From the IMG/VR virus record IMGVR_UViG_3300034082_003278, positions 1,107 to 65,106 of that record: a stretch of DNA of 64,000 bases; one strand, written 5' to 3'. Below are positions 18,010 through 26,732 of the stretch, piece after piece. The position numbers were made by a program, and so were the translations under genes. Each line of letters opens with the position of its first letter. The first letter of the stretch is position 1. Under the pieces are notes generated by a model, which was not told the origin of the DNA, did not search any database, and saw only the letters and a list, made by a program, of their open reading frames with translations. This DNA comes from a virus. Lineage: Duplodnaviria; Caudoviricetes.

Positions 18010-19893
18010 ATGAGTCCAGGTCCTTTAAGCCCAGTAATGATAATAGCCACGGATGGTTTTTTACAAGACCTAGGTCTGGCCATCAACGGCAATCTAACCA
18101 TTGCAATCAACAACTATAATGCAACTACAGTGGTTGCATCTTATACAGATGTATTAACCGACGCTGCTATCGCGATAGGTGTTGCCAACAATGAAATAAC
18201 TCAAAGCACTTTTAGTACTTTGCAAAATCTTGCAGCCAATATTTTGCCTGCTGTGACCAATGCTGTTCCGTCGGCTTACCTGGCCGATTTAGGGCCATTG
18301 GGCAATACCTATACCGGCGGATTTTCCGGTGTTGTTGTTGCACAAGCCAATGAGATATTGGGCAGCGGTGATTTGTCGATATTTTCTCAGGTGTATAATA
18401 TTGCACAGTCCTATGTGACACAGACCAATCAGTACATCAATTCAGTAGTGAATTCCAACATACTAGACAGTACCTTTGTTGACATGGATGCCTTGACTAC
18501 CGGCAATGTCAGCGAAGCCAACACTGACTTGCCGGCGTTTGGTGCAGACCTGGTCAAACTAGGGCAGACATGGGACTTGTCAAATCTGGACTATCTTGGA
18601 TCACCGGCTGCCTTGCTGTATCAATTGATAAGGGTAGGCGGTCTGTTGCCCGAAGTGGCTAAAAAATTAACCGATGCCGGACTGTCCAGCACAGATCTAA
18701 TAGCCTTACGCAACAATGGCGTACCGGTATTGGCCAACATTGATCTTTTGATATACCGAGCCATGCTGACCGTGACTGGAGATTTGCTGGATCAAGTCAA
18801 GCTGTTGTTGGATGTGACCACCAGTGGACTTGTTACCATGGCAGATCTGCTGAATCCAGTGAAAACTTTGCCCAACAGCTACACAACATTGACAGTTAAT
18901 TTTCCCACAGATGATTCTTCTGCTGCAGTGTTTCCTTATGTGTATCTGGAAAATGGCGGAGTCAATACTACTCTTGAACTGTTGTTTGTGGATGACGTTG
19001 AATATCAGAATCTGATCCGGGTAATACCACCAGACCAGGCCTTGGCCAACAAGGCCATTGCCAGAAGTCTACAACAGATCAAAAATATCTTTAACTTGAC
19101 CTTGCCAGAATTTGCAACGGCTGTGGTGGCATTAGAAACCAACACTGGCTTGCCTGCTATCAACACACTGATGCAGCCGGTACCAAATTCGATCCAGGTA
19201 TCCTTTCTCAGCATGTTGGCAACCGGCACAGGACCCAATGGTACACTGACCTTGTTTGATTTCTTAGGTGTGCTTGCTGGATCACCTTATACCGACGAGT
19301 TTAACCAGGCCACTGCAACTCTGACTCAATTACAAAGTGGCGGACAGTTAGATACGCTGACAGATTCGGTGAATGGAGTATACACCATCATGATAAACAC
19401 ACTGAATGGCGACTACACCACTGTGATTGACCCAGGACCGCCGATTGATTTGACAATCACTATTCCGCCGGGCCTGCCAGGCGAAGGCACATATACCAGT
19501 TTGGATTTGGCATTTACATCAGGCTTGATTCCAGCTGCTCAAAGTTTAATCGGTAACATTGCCACTGTCAACACATCAGCTGCTGAATCGTTAAATTCCG
19601 ACTTTGATGTCATGGCTCAGCAGCTGACTTATGAGACCACTAACCTAACCAAAGCTGGTGTAGACTTTGCTGAGCTAACTGGAAACGCAACCACATCCTT
19701 GTTGAGTCTGGGAACCAGTTTGCACGATATTGGACTGGACGAAGGTGACGACGGACAAAATGCACTGTTCACAGCCATTGCAGACACCACCAATATCTAC
19801 GGCCAAGCCGTGATCGCCAGCCTACGCGAAGGCCGAAACATTGCTGCATTAAATGCAGTAGGTATCAATACCGACACTCAAATCCCGTTGTAG
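18010..19893 (+). CDS. Large acidic structural protein, probably baseplate/tail
   Basis: 627 aa rich in Thr/Asn/Leu; in the late operon after PAAR. Confidence 0.6.
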   Translation: MSPGPLSPVMIIATDGFLQDLGLAINGNLTIAINNYNATTVVASYTDVLTDAAIAIGVANNEITQSTFSTLQNLAANILPAVTNAVPSAYLADLGPLGNTYTGGFSGVVVAQANEILGSGDLSIFSQVYNIAQSYVTQTNQYINSVVNSNILDSTFVDMDALTTGNVSEANTDLPAFGADLVKLGQTWDLSNLDYLGSPAALLYQLIRVGGLLPEVAKKLTDAGLSSTDLIALRNNGVPVLANIDLLIYRAMLTVTGDLLDQVKLLLDVTTSGLVTMADLLNPVKTLPNSYTTLTVNFPTDDSSAAVFPYVYLENGGVNTTLELLFVDDVEYQNLIRVIPPDQALANKAIARSLQQIKNIFNLTLPEFATAVVALETNTGLPAINTLMQPVPNSIQVSFLSMLATGTGPNGTLTLFDFLGVLAGSPYTDEFNQATATLTQLQSGGQLDTLTDSVNGVYTIMINTLNGDYTTVIDPGPPIDLTITIPPGLPGEGTYTSLDLAFTSGLIPAAQSLIGNIATVNTSAAESLNSDFDVMAQQLTYETTNLTKAGVDFAELTGNATTSLLSLGTSLHDIGLDEGDDGQNALFTAIADTTNIYGQAVIASLREGRNIAALNAVGINTDTQIPL

Positions 19894-19912
19894 CAAAAAA
19901 ACAACACTTTTG

Positions 19913-19936
19913 AGCCCTGGAAACAGGGCTTTTTTT
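19913..19936 (+). terminator. Intrinsic terminator
   Basis: AGCCCTG-GAAA-CAGGGCT followed by a T run. Confidence 0.9.
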
Positions 19937-19937
19937 G

Positions 19938-19966
19938 TTGACCAATAATGCTATTTCGGCTATACT
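19938..19966 (+). promoter_or_regulatory. Early sigma70-type promoter (repeat family)
   Basis: TTGACC-N17-TATACT followed by ACAGTAAACAAACAGGAG. Confidence 0.85.
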
Positions 19967-19996
19967 AGTTAAACAGTAAACAAACAGGAGTAGATA

Positions 19997-20152
19997 ATGG
20001 GCTTGGATTTTGCAGATCTCAGAATTGGGCGTTTATTTCATCTAAACGGCTGCGACTATATCAAACAGTCTACTCGCACTGCGAGGATGCTTAACAACGG
20101 ACGTGTTTTTTACATCGGCAAGAGCGAGTACATTCTTCCTTTTGCTTACTGA
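19997..20152 (+). CDS. Small early protein (51 aa, not in ORF track)
   Basis: AGGAG SD; MGLDFADLRIGRLFHLNG...; sits between two promoters. Confidence 0.7.
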   Translation: MGLDFADLRIGRLFHLNGCDYIKQSTRTARMLNNGRVFYIGKSEYILPFAY

Positions 20153-20160
20153 TCTTTTGG

Positions 20161-20189
20161 TTGACCAATAATCCCAGATAGGCTATAAT
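20161..20189 (+). promoter_or_regulatory. Early sigma70-type promoter
   Basis: TTGACC-N17-TATAAT with the conserved leader. Confidence 0.85.
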
Positions 20190-20219
20190 GTTTATACAGT
20201 AGAAAAACAGGAGCAGTAA

Positions 20220-20501
20220 ATGACTACAGCAACTTACCAAGCACTAACAGAGCAAGAAAAGCGTGAAGTCCGTATGTTTGGCGTGACTGAAGCGGGCATG
20301 CGTGAAGCAATAGAGTCCAGCTCTACTTTTAAGTTTTCGGGCCCTGCAATGGTTGCGGCCGGTATGTTGAGTGATGCACAAGAGATGGTCAGTTATGGCC
20401 CGTATGACGGCGACACGCTGGCCAACCTTTTGGAAGACCAGCGTCAGCTGTTGAACCGTGCCAAGTTCGTTTTGTTTGAATACTTCTCAGATCGGAGATA
20501 A
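20220..20501 (+). CDS. Hypothetical early protein
   Basis: AGGAG SD after the promoter. Confidence 0.75.
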   Translation: MTTATYQALTEQEKREVRMFGVTEAGMREAIESSSTFKFSGPAMVAAGMLSDAQEMVSYGPYDGDTLANLLEDQRQLLNRAKFVLFEYFSDRR

Positions 20502-20503
20502 TA

Positions 20504-20836
20504 ATGTCTGAATTTACTTTAGATCAAGTTCGTGCAATCCACCTTGAAGCCACAATGGCCGCAAAGGCAGCCGAACAGAGTTTTATTGCCAAACACGGCG
20601 AACCTGGTTACTGTGGTTTTGCTTGGGTTAATGTTCCGGTCAAGGCAAGTACTAAATTAGGCCGTGCTCTTAAAGAAGTAGGTTTCCGTAAGAGCTACTA
20701 CGGTGGCTTGGACTTGTGGAACCCAGGCGGTAGTTTTACGCAAAGCATGGACATCAAAGAACACGGTGCTGTGGCTTATGCTCGCACTTTGGTGCAGTAT
20801 GGTATTGATGCCCACATGTCAAGTCGTGCAGACTAA
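20504..20836 (+). CDS. Conserved hypothetical phage protein
   Basis: CGFAWV...QSMDIKE..A.AYA..L...GI motif seen in large phages; GGAG SD. Confidence 0.75.
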   Translation: MSEFTLDQVRAIHLEATMAAKAAEQSFIAKHGEPGYCGFAWVNVPVKASTKLGRALKEVGFRKSYYGGLDLWNPGGSFTQSMDIKEHGAVAYARTLVQYGIDAHMSSRAD

Positions 20837-20853
20837 TCAAATAAGGAGCTGTT

Positions 20854-21042
20854 ATGACTGTTATCGAACGCATTGCCAATGACATTGCCATGCTTAGTAA
20901 TCAAAGCCTGCGTGAATTGACCGATGTATTGACTAGGGATTATCCCACTCGTGCCGACGCCTTGGAGCAGGCCATTGCTGTTGCTTGTCGCGAACAAATG
21001 ACTGAGATTTATCGAGAGTTGGGAATTGATGATGTTGAATAG
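20854..21042 (+). CDS. Hypothetical protein
   Basis: AAGGAG SD. Confidence 0.7.
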   Translation: MTVIERIANDIAMLSNQSLRELTDVLTRDYPTRADALEQAIAVACREQMTEIYRELGIDDVE

Positions 21043-21253
21043 CATTTTAAAATGGACAGCCACAGTGATTCTGATCATTGGCACTGGCGTTAATAGCCTG
21101 GGCTATTACCCCCAAGGTCCCTTGCTGTTGTTGCTGGGTGGCCTAATGTGGCTAGCAGTCAGCATACGGTGGCGTGAACCTGCACTAATTGTGACCAATG
21201 GTGTGATGAATTTGGTTGCCATTGCAGGATTAGCCATACACTTTTACGGTTAA
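21029..21253 (+). CDS. Small membrane protein
   Basis: Three hydrophobic segments; LKW.AT and W.EPALIV.N patterns. Confidence 0.7.
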   Translation: MMLNSILKWTATVILIIGTGVNSLGYYPQGPLLLLLGGLMWLAVSIRWREPALIVTNGVMNLVAIAGLAIHFYG

Positions 21254-21262
21254 GGAAGTAAC

Positions 21263-21436
21263 ATGTGGAATTGTATCTTTGGATTGATTGTGTCTGCGGT
21301 ATTTGCTGTTGTGGCATGGAACCTTTGGCCCATGATGACACGCGGCGAAGGACGTTATTACAACTGCAGTCTAGCGGAAATACACCCAGATTATCCGACT
21401 GCTGTGCGCGAACAATGTAGGAAGTTAAACAAATGA
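21263..21436 (+). CDS. Small membrane-anchored protein (57 aa, not in track)
   Basis: AAGGA SD, N-terminal TM, YNCSLAEIHPDYP..VREQCR. Confidence 0.65.
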   Translation: MWNCIFGLIVSAVFAVVAWNLWPMMTRGEGRYYNCSLAEIHPDYPTAVREQCRKLNK

Positions 21437-21810
21437 TAAATCAACATGTAATTTTATTGCTACTGACAGCACTTGCAGTCAAGCATTGGTTGTGTGATTT
21501 TGTATTGCAAACATCGCATCAAGTTGCAACCAAAGGACAGTACGGTTCACTAGGCGGTATCAGTCATGCACTAACACACGGTGTTGGCACAGCCGTGGTG
21601 TTGGCTTTGTTTTTATTTGGCAGATTTGACATATATGAGATTGCTTTTTTGGCCGGCATGGATGCAGTATTTCACTATCACATTGACTGGTTTAAACAGC
21701 GAATGACACAGGGCATGATCCCAGCACATCCTAAGTTTTGGACATGGCTAGGCTTTGATCAACTGTTACACACCCTCACTTACATCGTAATCATTGCGCT
21801 GATTCACTAA
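21433..21810 (+). CDS. DUF3307-family membrane protein
   Basis: H..DFVLQ, H...H, HYHID and DQLLH motifs. Confidence 0.85.
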   Translation: MINQHVILLLLTALAVKHWLCDFVLQTSHQVATKGQYGSLGGISHALTHGVGTAVVLALFLFGRFDIYEIAFLAGMDAVFHYHIDWFKQRMTQGMIPAHPKFWTWLGFDQLLHTLTYIVIIALIH

Positions 21811-21828
21811 TCATCTGGGCTTAAATAA

Positions 21829-23223
21829 ATGACAACAACAATCGACATTGATTCCGCAAAGTTTAATGGATTAACCATGGCAGCAGATTGGATACAGGAC
21901 TTAGAATCGAGCGACAGCAGACTACACAAAGAATCTGTGATTGAAAAAGCATTGATAGCTGCAAAGTTAGGTAGCACCAGTGCTCAATGCTTTTTATACA
22001 ACTGCTATCAAGCCTACAATCCTTTTTATGTGTTTGGTGTTCGCCAAGTGCCCGAGACCCAAGGGCTAGTTGGCCTGGCCAATCCATGGCCCCGATTCTG
22101 GGCCTTGTTAGAAAGCCTGCGTACTCGCAGCGTCACTGGGCATTCAGCCAGGGATGCCATTACAGAAGTCAGCCAGCTGTTTGATTCCGAAGAATGGAAT
22201 CGAATGTGTCGCCGTGTGATCATCAAGGATCTGCGCTGTGGCATCAGCGATAAGACTCTAAACAAAGTGCTGGGCAAGACTGAGTGGAAGATTCCTACCT
22301 TTACTTGTCAGCTGGCACAAGACAGCAACGATCATCCGGCCAAGCTGAAAGGTCGCAAACGCTTGGAAGTCAAGCTAGATGGTGTGCGTGTGATTGCTAT
22401 CTGCTACAAGGAAGGCGGGGTCAACTTGTTTAGCCGCAATGGCAAGCCGTTCACTAACTTTCCGCACATCGAAGAACAGTTGGGATCAATCTCACGTAAA
22501 CTCAGTACTGCGGCGTTTGGGCAGTATACGGACTTTGTGTTGGATGGCGAAATCATAGGTGAAAGCTTTCAGGCACTTATGAAGCAGGCACAACGCAAGA
22601 CCAATGTCGATGCCAGCGACAGCAAGTACTTTGTATTTGATGTCATGCCCAAGGCCGCCTTCTTTGAAGGACACTATAATGCACAGCAGTACAAACGCAT
22701 TGATACCTTACACCATATGTTCAATTCAGTAGATGACTCAACCCAAGCACCTGACGTACAGATCACTCCTGGCATCGAAGTGGACTTGGATACTGCTGAA
22801 GGGCATGACATCATGCGTCGCTATGCCGAAGATGCAGTAGCAGATGGGTTCGAAGGCATCATGATCAAAGATCAAGACGCACCATATGAATGTAAGCGTA
22901 GCAGTTTCTGGATGAAGTGGAAGCCCGTTATTACTGTAGACTTGAATATTGTTGGTTTTGAAGAAGGTACCGGTAAGAACCTAGGTCGTTTGGGTGCAAT
23001 CGTTTGTGAAGGAACAGACAATGATAGACGTATTAATGTTAATGTTGGCAGTGGGCTCACTGATAGTGATCGCGATAGTTTCTGGGCAGATCGTGATCAG
23101 TTACTTGGTCGAGTGGTTGAAGTCAAAGCTGATGCGGTGACACAAAATCAAGACGGAACGTACAGCTTGCGTTTCCCACGCTTTGAACGATTTCGTGATG
23201 CACTAACCGGAGAGAAAGAATGA
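21829..23223 (+). CDS. ATP-dependent DNA ligase
   Basis: KLDGVR, LDGE, VFD, EGIMIK and LRFPRF motifs. Confidence 0.95.
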   Translation: MTTTIDIDSAKFNGLTMAADWIQDLESSDSRLHKESVIEKALIAAKLGSTSAQCFLYNCYQAYNPFYVFGVRQVPETQGLVGLANPWPRFWALLESLRTRSVTGHSARDAITEVSQLFDSEEWNRMCRRVIIKDLRCGISDKTLNKVLGKTEWKIPTFTCQLAQDSNDHPAKLKGRKRLEVKLDGVRVIAICYKEGGVNLFSRNGKPFTNFPHIEEQLGSISRKLSTAAFGQYTDFVLDGEIIGESFQALMKQAQRKTNVDASDSKYFVFDVMPKAAFFEGHYNAQQYKRIDTLHHMFNSVDDSTQAPDVQITPGIEVDLDTAEGHDIMRRYAEDAVADGFEGIMIKDQDAPYECKRSSFWMKWKPVITVDLNIVGFEEGTGKNLGRLGAIVCEGTDNDRRINVNVGSGLTDSDRDSFWADRDQLLGRVVEVKADAVTQNQDGTYSLRFPRFERFRDALTGEKE

Positions 23224-23429
23224 ATGAACTAATACAAAAACTAGCAGAGGATGCTGGACTTGATGCTAGAACTATGGGATTTGAGAACAACCATACCGCT
23301 CAATGGAATGCTAGAGTGACCAAACTTGCCCAGTTGACTGTTAAGGAATGTGCTAACTTCTTGAAAGACACACTAGATGATCATTATGCGGCAGAACAGT
23401 TAGAAGAACATTTCGGAGTTGAAGAATGA
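23220..23429 (+). CDS. Small 'MNE...FGVEE' family protein
   Basis: MNELIQKLA...LTVKECA...HFGVEE. Confidence 0.75.
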   Translation: MNELIQKLAEDAGLDARTMGFENNHTAQWNARVTKLAQLTVKECANFLKDTLDDHYAAEQLEEHFGVEE

Positions 23430-23734
23430 ACGAACGAATTGAACAACTTGCTGGCCAGTTAGGTCCTGTTGCAACAATTGGTGATTGGGGCAGAGTTGAA
23501 TGGGCAGATAACGTATATCCACAATTGGGTGATAAGATGTATGCGGCTGTTGACCTGGCAAAGTTCGCCGAGTTGATTGTTCGAGAATGTGTGGACATTG
23601 TTAAACACAACATATATGAACCCGACTATCGTGGGGGTAGTCAGATTCTAGAATCATTTGAAAATTATCAAGCAAATCGTCGAGCAGAAGATATTCTCAA
23701 TCAGATTAAACAACATTTCGGAGTTGAAGAATGA
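23426..23734 (+). CDS. 'MNE...FGVEE' family protein
   Basis: MNERIEQLA...KFAELIVREC...HFGVEE. Confidence 0.75.
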   Translation: MNERIEQLAGQLGPVATIGDWGRVEWADNVYPQLGDKMYAAVDLAKFAELIVRECVDIVKHNIYEPDYRGGSQILESFENYQANRRAEDILNQIKQHFGVEE

Positions 23735-24276
23735 GTCTAAAAGACATTACTAAAGACCTCCATCACGAGGCAGAAACAACAACATTTGCTAAGATGTTAC
23801 TCAGCGGCAAGATTGGTCGAGAAGATTACAAAAACTACCTGTATAACTTACTGGCAATCTATGATCCTATTGAATGGTATTGCAAACGGCAAGGCTTTCT
23901 TGACACAATGCCGGGCCTTCCTCGCTTGAAAGGTATTTTAGCAGATTTCTTGGAGTTAGATGACGGCACCTATTGTTATCTAACTCCTGCTACCTTAGAG
24001 TATCAAGCCTATCTACACCAGCTAGGAAATGATGCAGACCGCAAACAGTTAGTCAAAGCTCATTTGTATTGCAGACACATGGGAGACCTGTTTGGTGGAC
24101 AGATTATCAAGAAGCAAGTGGCACACATCAGCAGTGGCAAGTTTTATGACTTTGAAAATGGCGATGTTATGAAGACAGCCATTCGCCAGACACTTACAGA
24201 CGACCTGGGCGACGAGGCTCGTGTGGCATTTGAGTATGCTATTAAAATGATGCGAGACCTACACCATGGAGAGTAA
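23731..24276 (+). CDS. hemO: Biliverdin-producing heme oxygenase
   Basis: LKDITKDLHHEAE (proximal His) and HLYCRHMGDLFGGQII. Confidence 0.92.
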   Translation: MSLKDITKDLHHEAETTTFAKMLLSGKIGREDYKNYLYNLLAIYDPIEWYCKRQGFLDTMPGLPRLKGILADFLELDDGTYCYLTPATLEYQAYLHQLGNDADRKQLVKAHLYCRHMGDLFGGQIIKKQVAHISSGKFYDFENGDVMKTAIRQTLTDDLGDEARVAFEYAIKMMRDLHHGE

Positions 24277-24949
24277 TGTATGGAACACGCTGATTAAAAT
24301 CGAACAACAGCTGGAAGCTGCATTTTATGCTTCTGGCAGTATCATCCAAGAACCCGGCATGGATCGATTCAATCAACCAGGCTGGATCAACAAAGTGTGG
24401 ACCAGCAGTCAGTATCGTCGGGCACACATTGATGTGGTAGACGCTCGAGAAACACGAGGACTGTGGATGATGCACTGTTGCGTATTTCCTCACTTGGACA
24501 ATCCTGCACCTATTTTTGGATTTGATGTCATAGCCGGCAAGAACAAGATTACCGGCTGTTTTATAGACTACAGCCCAGCTGGCGATATTGATCATGCTAT
24601 GATTGAATATTTTGGTAAAGAAGTGAGCCGATACGAGTGGAACAAGAAGCGAGTCTTACCAGAATGGGCACAGCGTATTTTTAGTCCGCACATGGTTGCA
24701 GCCGGCAATGTCAGTGACGAAACTGAGCTGAATCAAATCGCTAGTTTGGCAGGTATATTGGTCGATCATTATATCAAATGCGTAGGCGAAACAAGCGGCA
24801 CTGTCGAAAACACTCGAGATTCTCAGAACTTCTATGCACAAAATCAAAAGCAAAATCCACATACTCCAAAAGTAATGGTTAGTCTTGGGCTTAGTGAAGA
24901 AGATGTACAACTGTTTATACAAGAATGTTTGTTTCCTGAAATACAATAA
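24266..24949 (+). CDS. Ferredoxin-dependent bilin reductase (PcyA/PcyX type)
   Basis: RRAHID, MMHCCVFP..PIFGFDVIAG, LPEWA.IFS and QKQNPHT; coupled to hemO. Confidence 0.88.
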   Translation: MESNVWNTLIKIEQQLEAAFYASGSIIQEPGMDRFNQPGWINKVWTSSQYRRAHIDVVDARETRGLWMMHCCVFPHLDNPAPIFGFDVIAGKNKITGCFIDYSPAGDIDHAMIEYFGKEVSRYEWNKKRVLPEWAQRIFSPHMVAAGNVSDETELNQIASLAGILVDHYIKCVGETSGTVENTRDSQNFYAQNQKQNPHTPKVMVSLGLSEEDVQLFIQECLFPEIQ

Positions 24950-24986
24950 ACATTACGAAGTTCCACACAGTTAACGGAGTTGAAGA

Positions 24987-25160
24987 ATGAGCAAGCAAAT
25001 TGAAGATATGACCGACAAAGATATAAAAGACTATCTTGAGTCGGATAGAGGTAGAGCGGCACAGCGTAGTGGATTTGATCAAGGTTTAAATGCCATTATG
25101 GAATGTTTACGTCGCAATCAAGAACAAAGTTCGAAATCTTTGGGGTCAAAGAATGAATAA
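24987..25160 (+). CDS. Small hypothetical protein (57 aa, not in track)
   Basis: Starts within the GGAGTTGAAGAATG junction motif. Confidence 0.55.
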   Translation: MSKQIEDMTDKDIKDYLESDRGRAAQRSGFDQGLNAIMECLRRNQEQSSKSLGSKNE

Positions 25161-25281
25161 ACCCTTGGTCAAAAGAAGTCTGGCAGAGTTAGACACTGTA
25201 ATAGAGGAAATCATACAGCGTAACCCCGAATGGTACAAAGAAATTCAACAATTAATCGAGGAGTCGAAGAATGAAAGATAA
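25153..25281 (+). CDS. Small hypothetical protein
   Basis: Overlap-coupled ORF MNKPLVKRS... Confidence 0.5.
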   Translation: MNKPLVKRSLAELDTVIEEIIQRNPEWYKEIQQLIEESKNER

Positions 25282-25450
25282 AATTTTTGGATGGCTAGAT
25301 CGAAATCAGCAGGCAATTGGATATACTATCGGTGGGTTGAATATAGCCAATAGTGTAATGTACTTCTTGCAAGGGCAACCGGTTGCAGGAATTTTGTTCT
25401 TGATGATTGGTATTCCCATCATCTTACTTACTTACGGAGTCAACAAATGA
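25271..25450 (+). CDS. Small two-TM membrane protein (59 aa, not in track)
   Basis: GGAG SD and two hydrophobic segments. Confidence 0.6.
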   Translation: MKDKIFGWLDRNQQAIGYTIGGLNIANSVMYFLQGQPVAGILFLMIGIPIILLTYGVNK

Positions 25451-25989
25451 TCACAATGAAAGAATGGATGGAATTGGTTGATTATAAAATCACCGAAGGC
25501 AGTGATTATGGTTGGTCCTGCTACGGATCAAACAGCTACACACTAGATTCATGGAATGGTGTTTACGGCACAGGTGGATATAGTTTTAGCATTGTGTTTA
25601 GTACCAAGACACAAAAGGTCTACGAAGTCAGTGTGTGCGACTATACCAACGATCGTGCTTATCGTATGATCAATCCTAAAAATGTTGAAAAGCATCGTAA
25701 AGAAGCAGAATCCAAAACTGTTCTGGCTAGTCAAGCATGGGACGATGTCGACTATGTAGATTTAGAAGTGGTCGATGACTTTATCCAAAAATGTCAAGCT
25801 ATCAAGTTGGGACAAGAATATGATACTCGTGTATCTATTCCGGTTACCTTTTCAGATGAGGACCTGTTGACGTATATGAAACTAGCACATGAAAAAGATA
25901 TTACCTTCAATCAATTAATTGAACAGGCACTAATTGCAGCAATTGAAAAGTATTCTCCTGATTTAATCGATAGTACAACAACAGAGTAA
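25447..25989 (+). CDS. Conserved hypothetical phage protein with C-terminal ribbon-helix-helix-like segment
   Basis: YMKLAHEKDITFNQLIEQAL tail. Confidence 0.7.
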   Translation: MITMKEWMELVDYKITEGSDYGWSCYGSNSYTLDSWNGVYGTGGYSFSIVFSTKTQKVYEVSVCDYTNDRAYRMINPKNVEKHRKEAESKTVLASQAWDDVDYVDLEVVDDFIQKCQAIKLGQEYDTRVSIPVTFSDEDLLTYMKLAHEKDITFNQLIEQALIAAIEKYSPDLIDSTTTE

Positions 25990-26004
25990 TCACCGGATGT
26001 AACA

Positions 26005-26439
26005 ATGACATCAACACCAGCACCAAAAGTTGAATACGATGGTTACTACTTGATTGACGTGGTGGCCCGTGACGGATTTCGTCTAACTATTCCGTCACGT
26101 GGCTATAACCTGAAGTCTTGGTTGAATTTTGAAAAAAGCCTAGGTTCAACAGTTGAGTATCGTGCTGTGAGTGAACAGGAATGGACACGCTTGCACTGGA
26201 CACAAACTCCTTACGAAGAGGACAGTGCAGGTTTCGCCATTTTGGCAAGAAAGGCAGCAAAGCAAGTAACAGAAAAGGCTGCTGCCAAAACCAAGCCTGC
26301 TTACCCAGCCGACGATGGTCCACTTACGGCCAAACAACTAAAACAGATCAAAAAATCAGCGGCCAAACCTGCGGTAAAAAAAGCAAATAAAAAACCAGTA
26401 AAGAAAATCGCACCCAAGCGATCGCCTGCTAAAAAATAA
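26005..26439 (+). CDS. Hypothetical protein with Lys/Ala/Pro-rich histone-like tail
   Basis: AAKPAVKKANKKPVKKIAPKRSPAKK. Confidence 0.7.
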   Translation: MTSTPAPKVEYDGYYLIDVVARDGFRLTIPSRGYNLKSWLNFEKSLGSTVEYRAVSEQEWTRLHWTQTPYEEDSAGFAILARKAAKQVTEKAAAKTKPAYPADDGPLTAKQLKQIKKSAAKPAVKKANKKPVKKIAPKRSPAKK

Positions 26440-26453
26440 CACACACTTTAACC

Positions 26454-26479
26454 AAAAGCCACCGTGAGGTGGCTTTTTT
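26454..26479 (+). terminator. Intrinsic terminator
   Basis: AAAAGCCACC-GTGA-GGTGGCTTTTTT. Confidence 0.9.
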
Positions 26480-26494
26480 GTGCTATAATAAACA

Positions 26495-26730
26495 GGTAGA
26501 GTCGGAGTACAATCGGCACTCACGTATTGGGAAAAACAACATGCAGTGGGTTGTTGGCCCCGTGGCAAATACGATGTAGTTTGGTTGTTGCCAAGGGTGT
26601 GGCACTGTCCGGTTTGAGACCAGACTTGAAAAAGATCTCAAACAAAATCAACTGTTGGTTGAGGTATGCACACATACGGAAGTCACAGTGTAAAGTATGC
26701 AGTTAGTACATCTAAATGGAGACCTCTTTT
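26495..26730 (+). ncRNA. Candidate structured non-coding RNA of unknown class
   Basis: Gap with no credible ORF after an extended -10 (TGCTATAAT, 26481-26489). At least six nested helices, detailed in findings. Confidence 0.5.
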
Positions 26731-26732
26731 AT

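Noticed and set aside
23731-24949. Assignment as a cyanophage because of bilin genes and hsp20
   Set aside because: No psbA/hli/petF-type genes in the window, and the Isc, Bug, FdxA and DadA genes look proteobacterial.
26590-26604. Possible trans-pairing of the candidate ncRNA (GCCAAGGGTGTGGCA) with the fdxA interruption site
   Set aside because: It needs three G-U pairs, a bulge and a mismatch, which is plausible by chance. Not supportable without covariation data.
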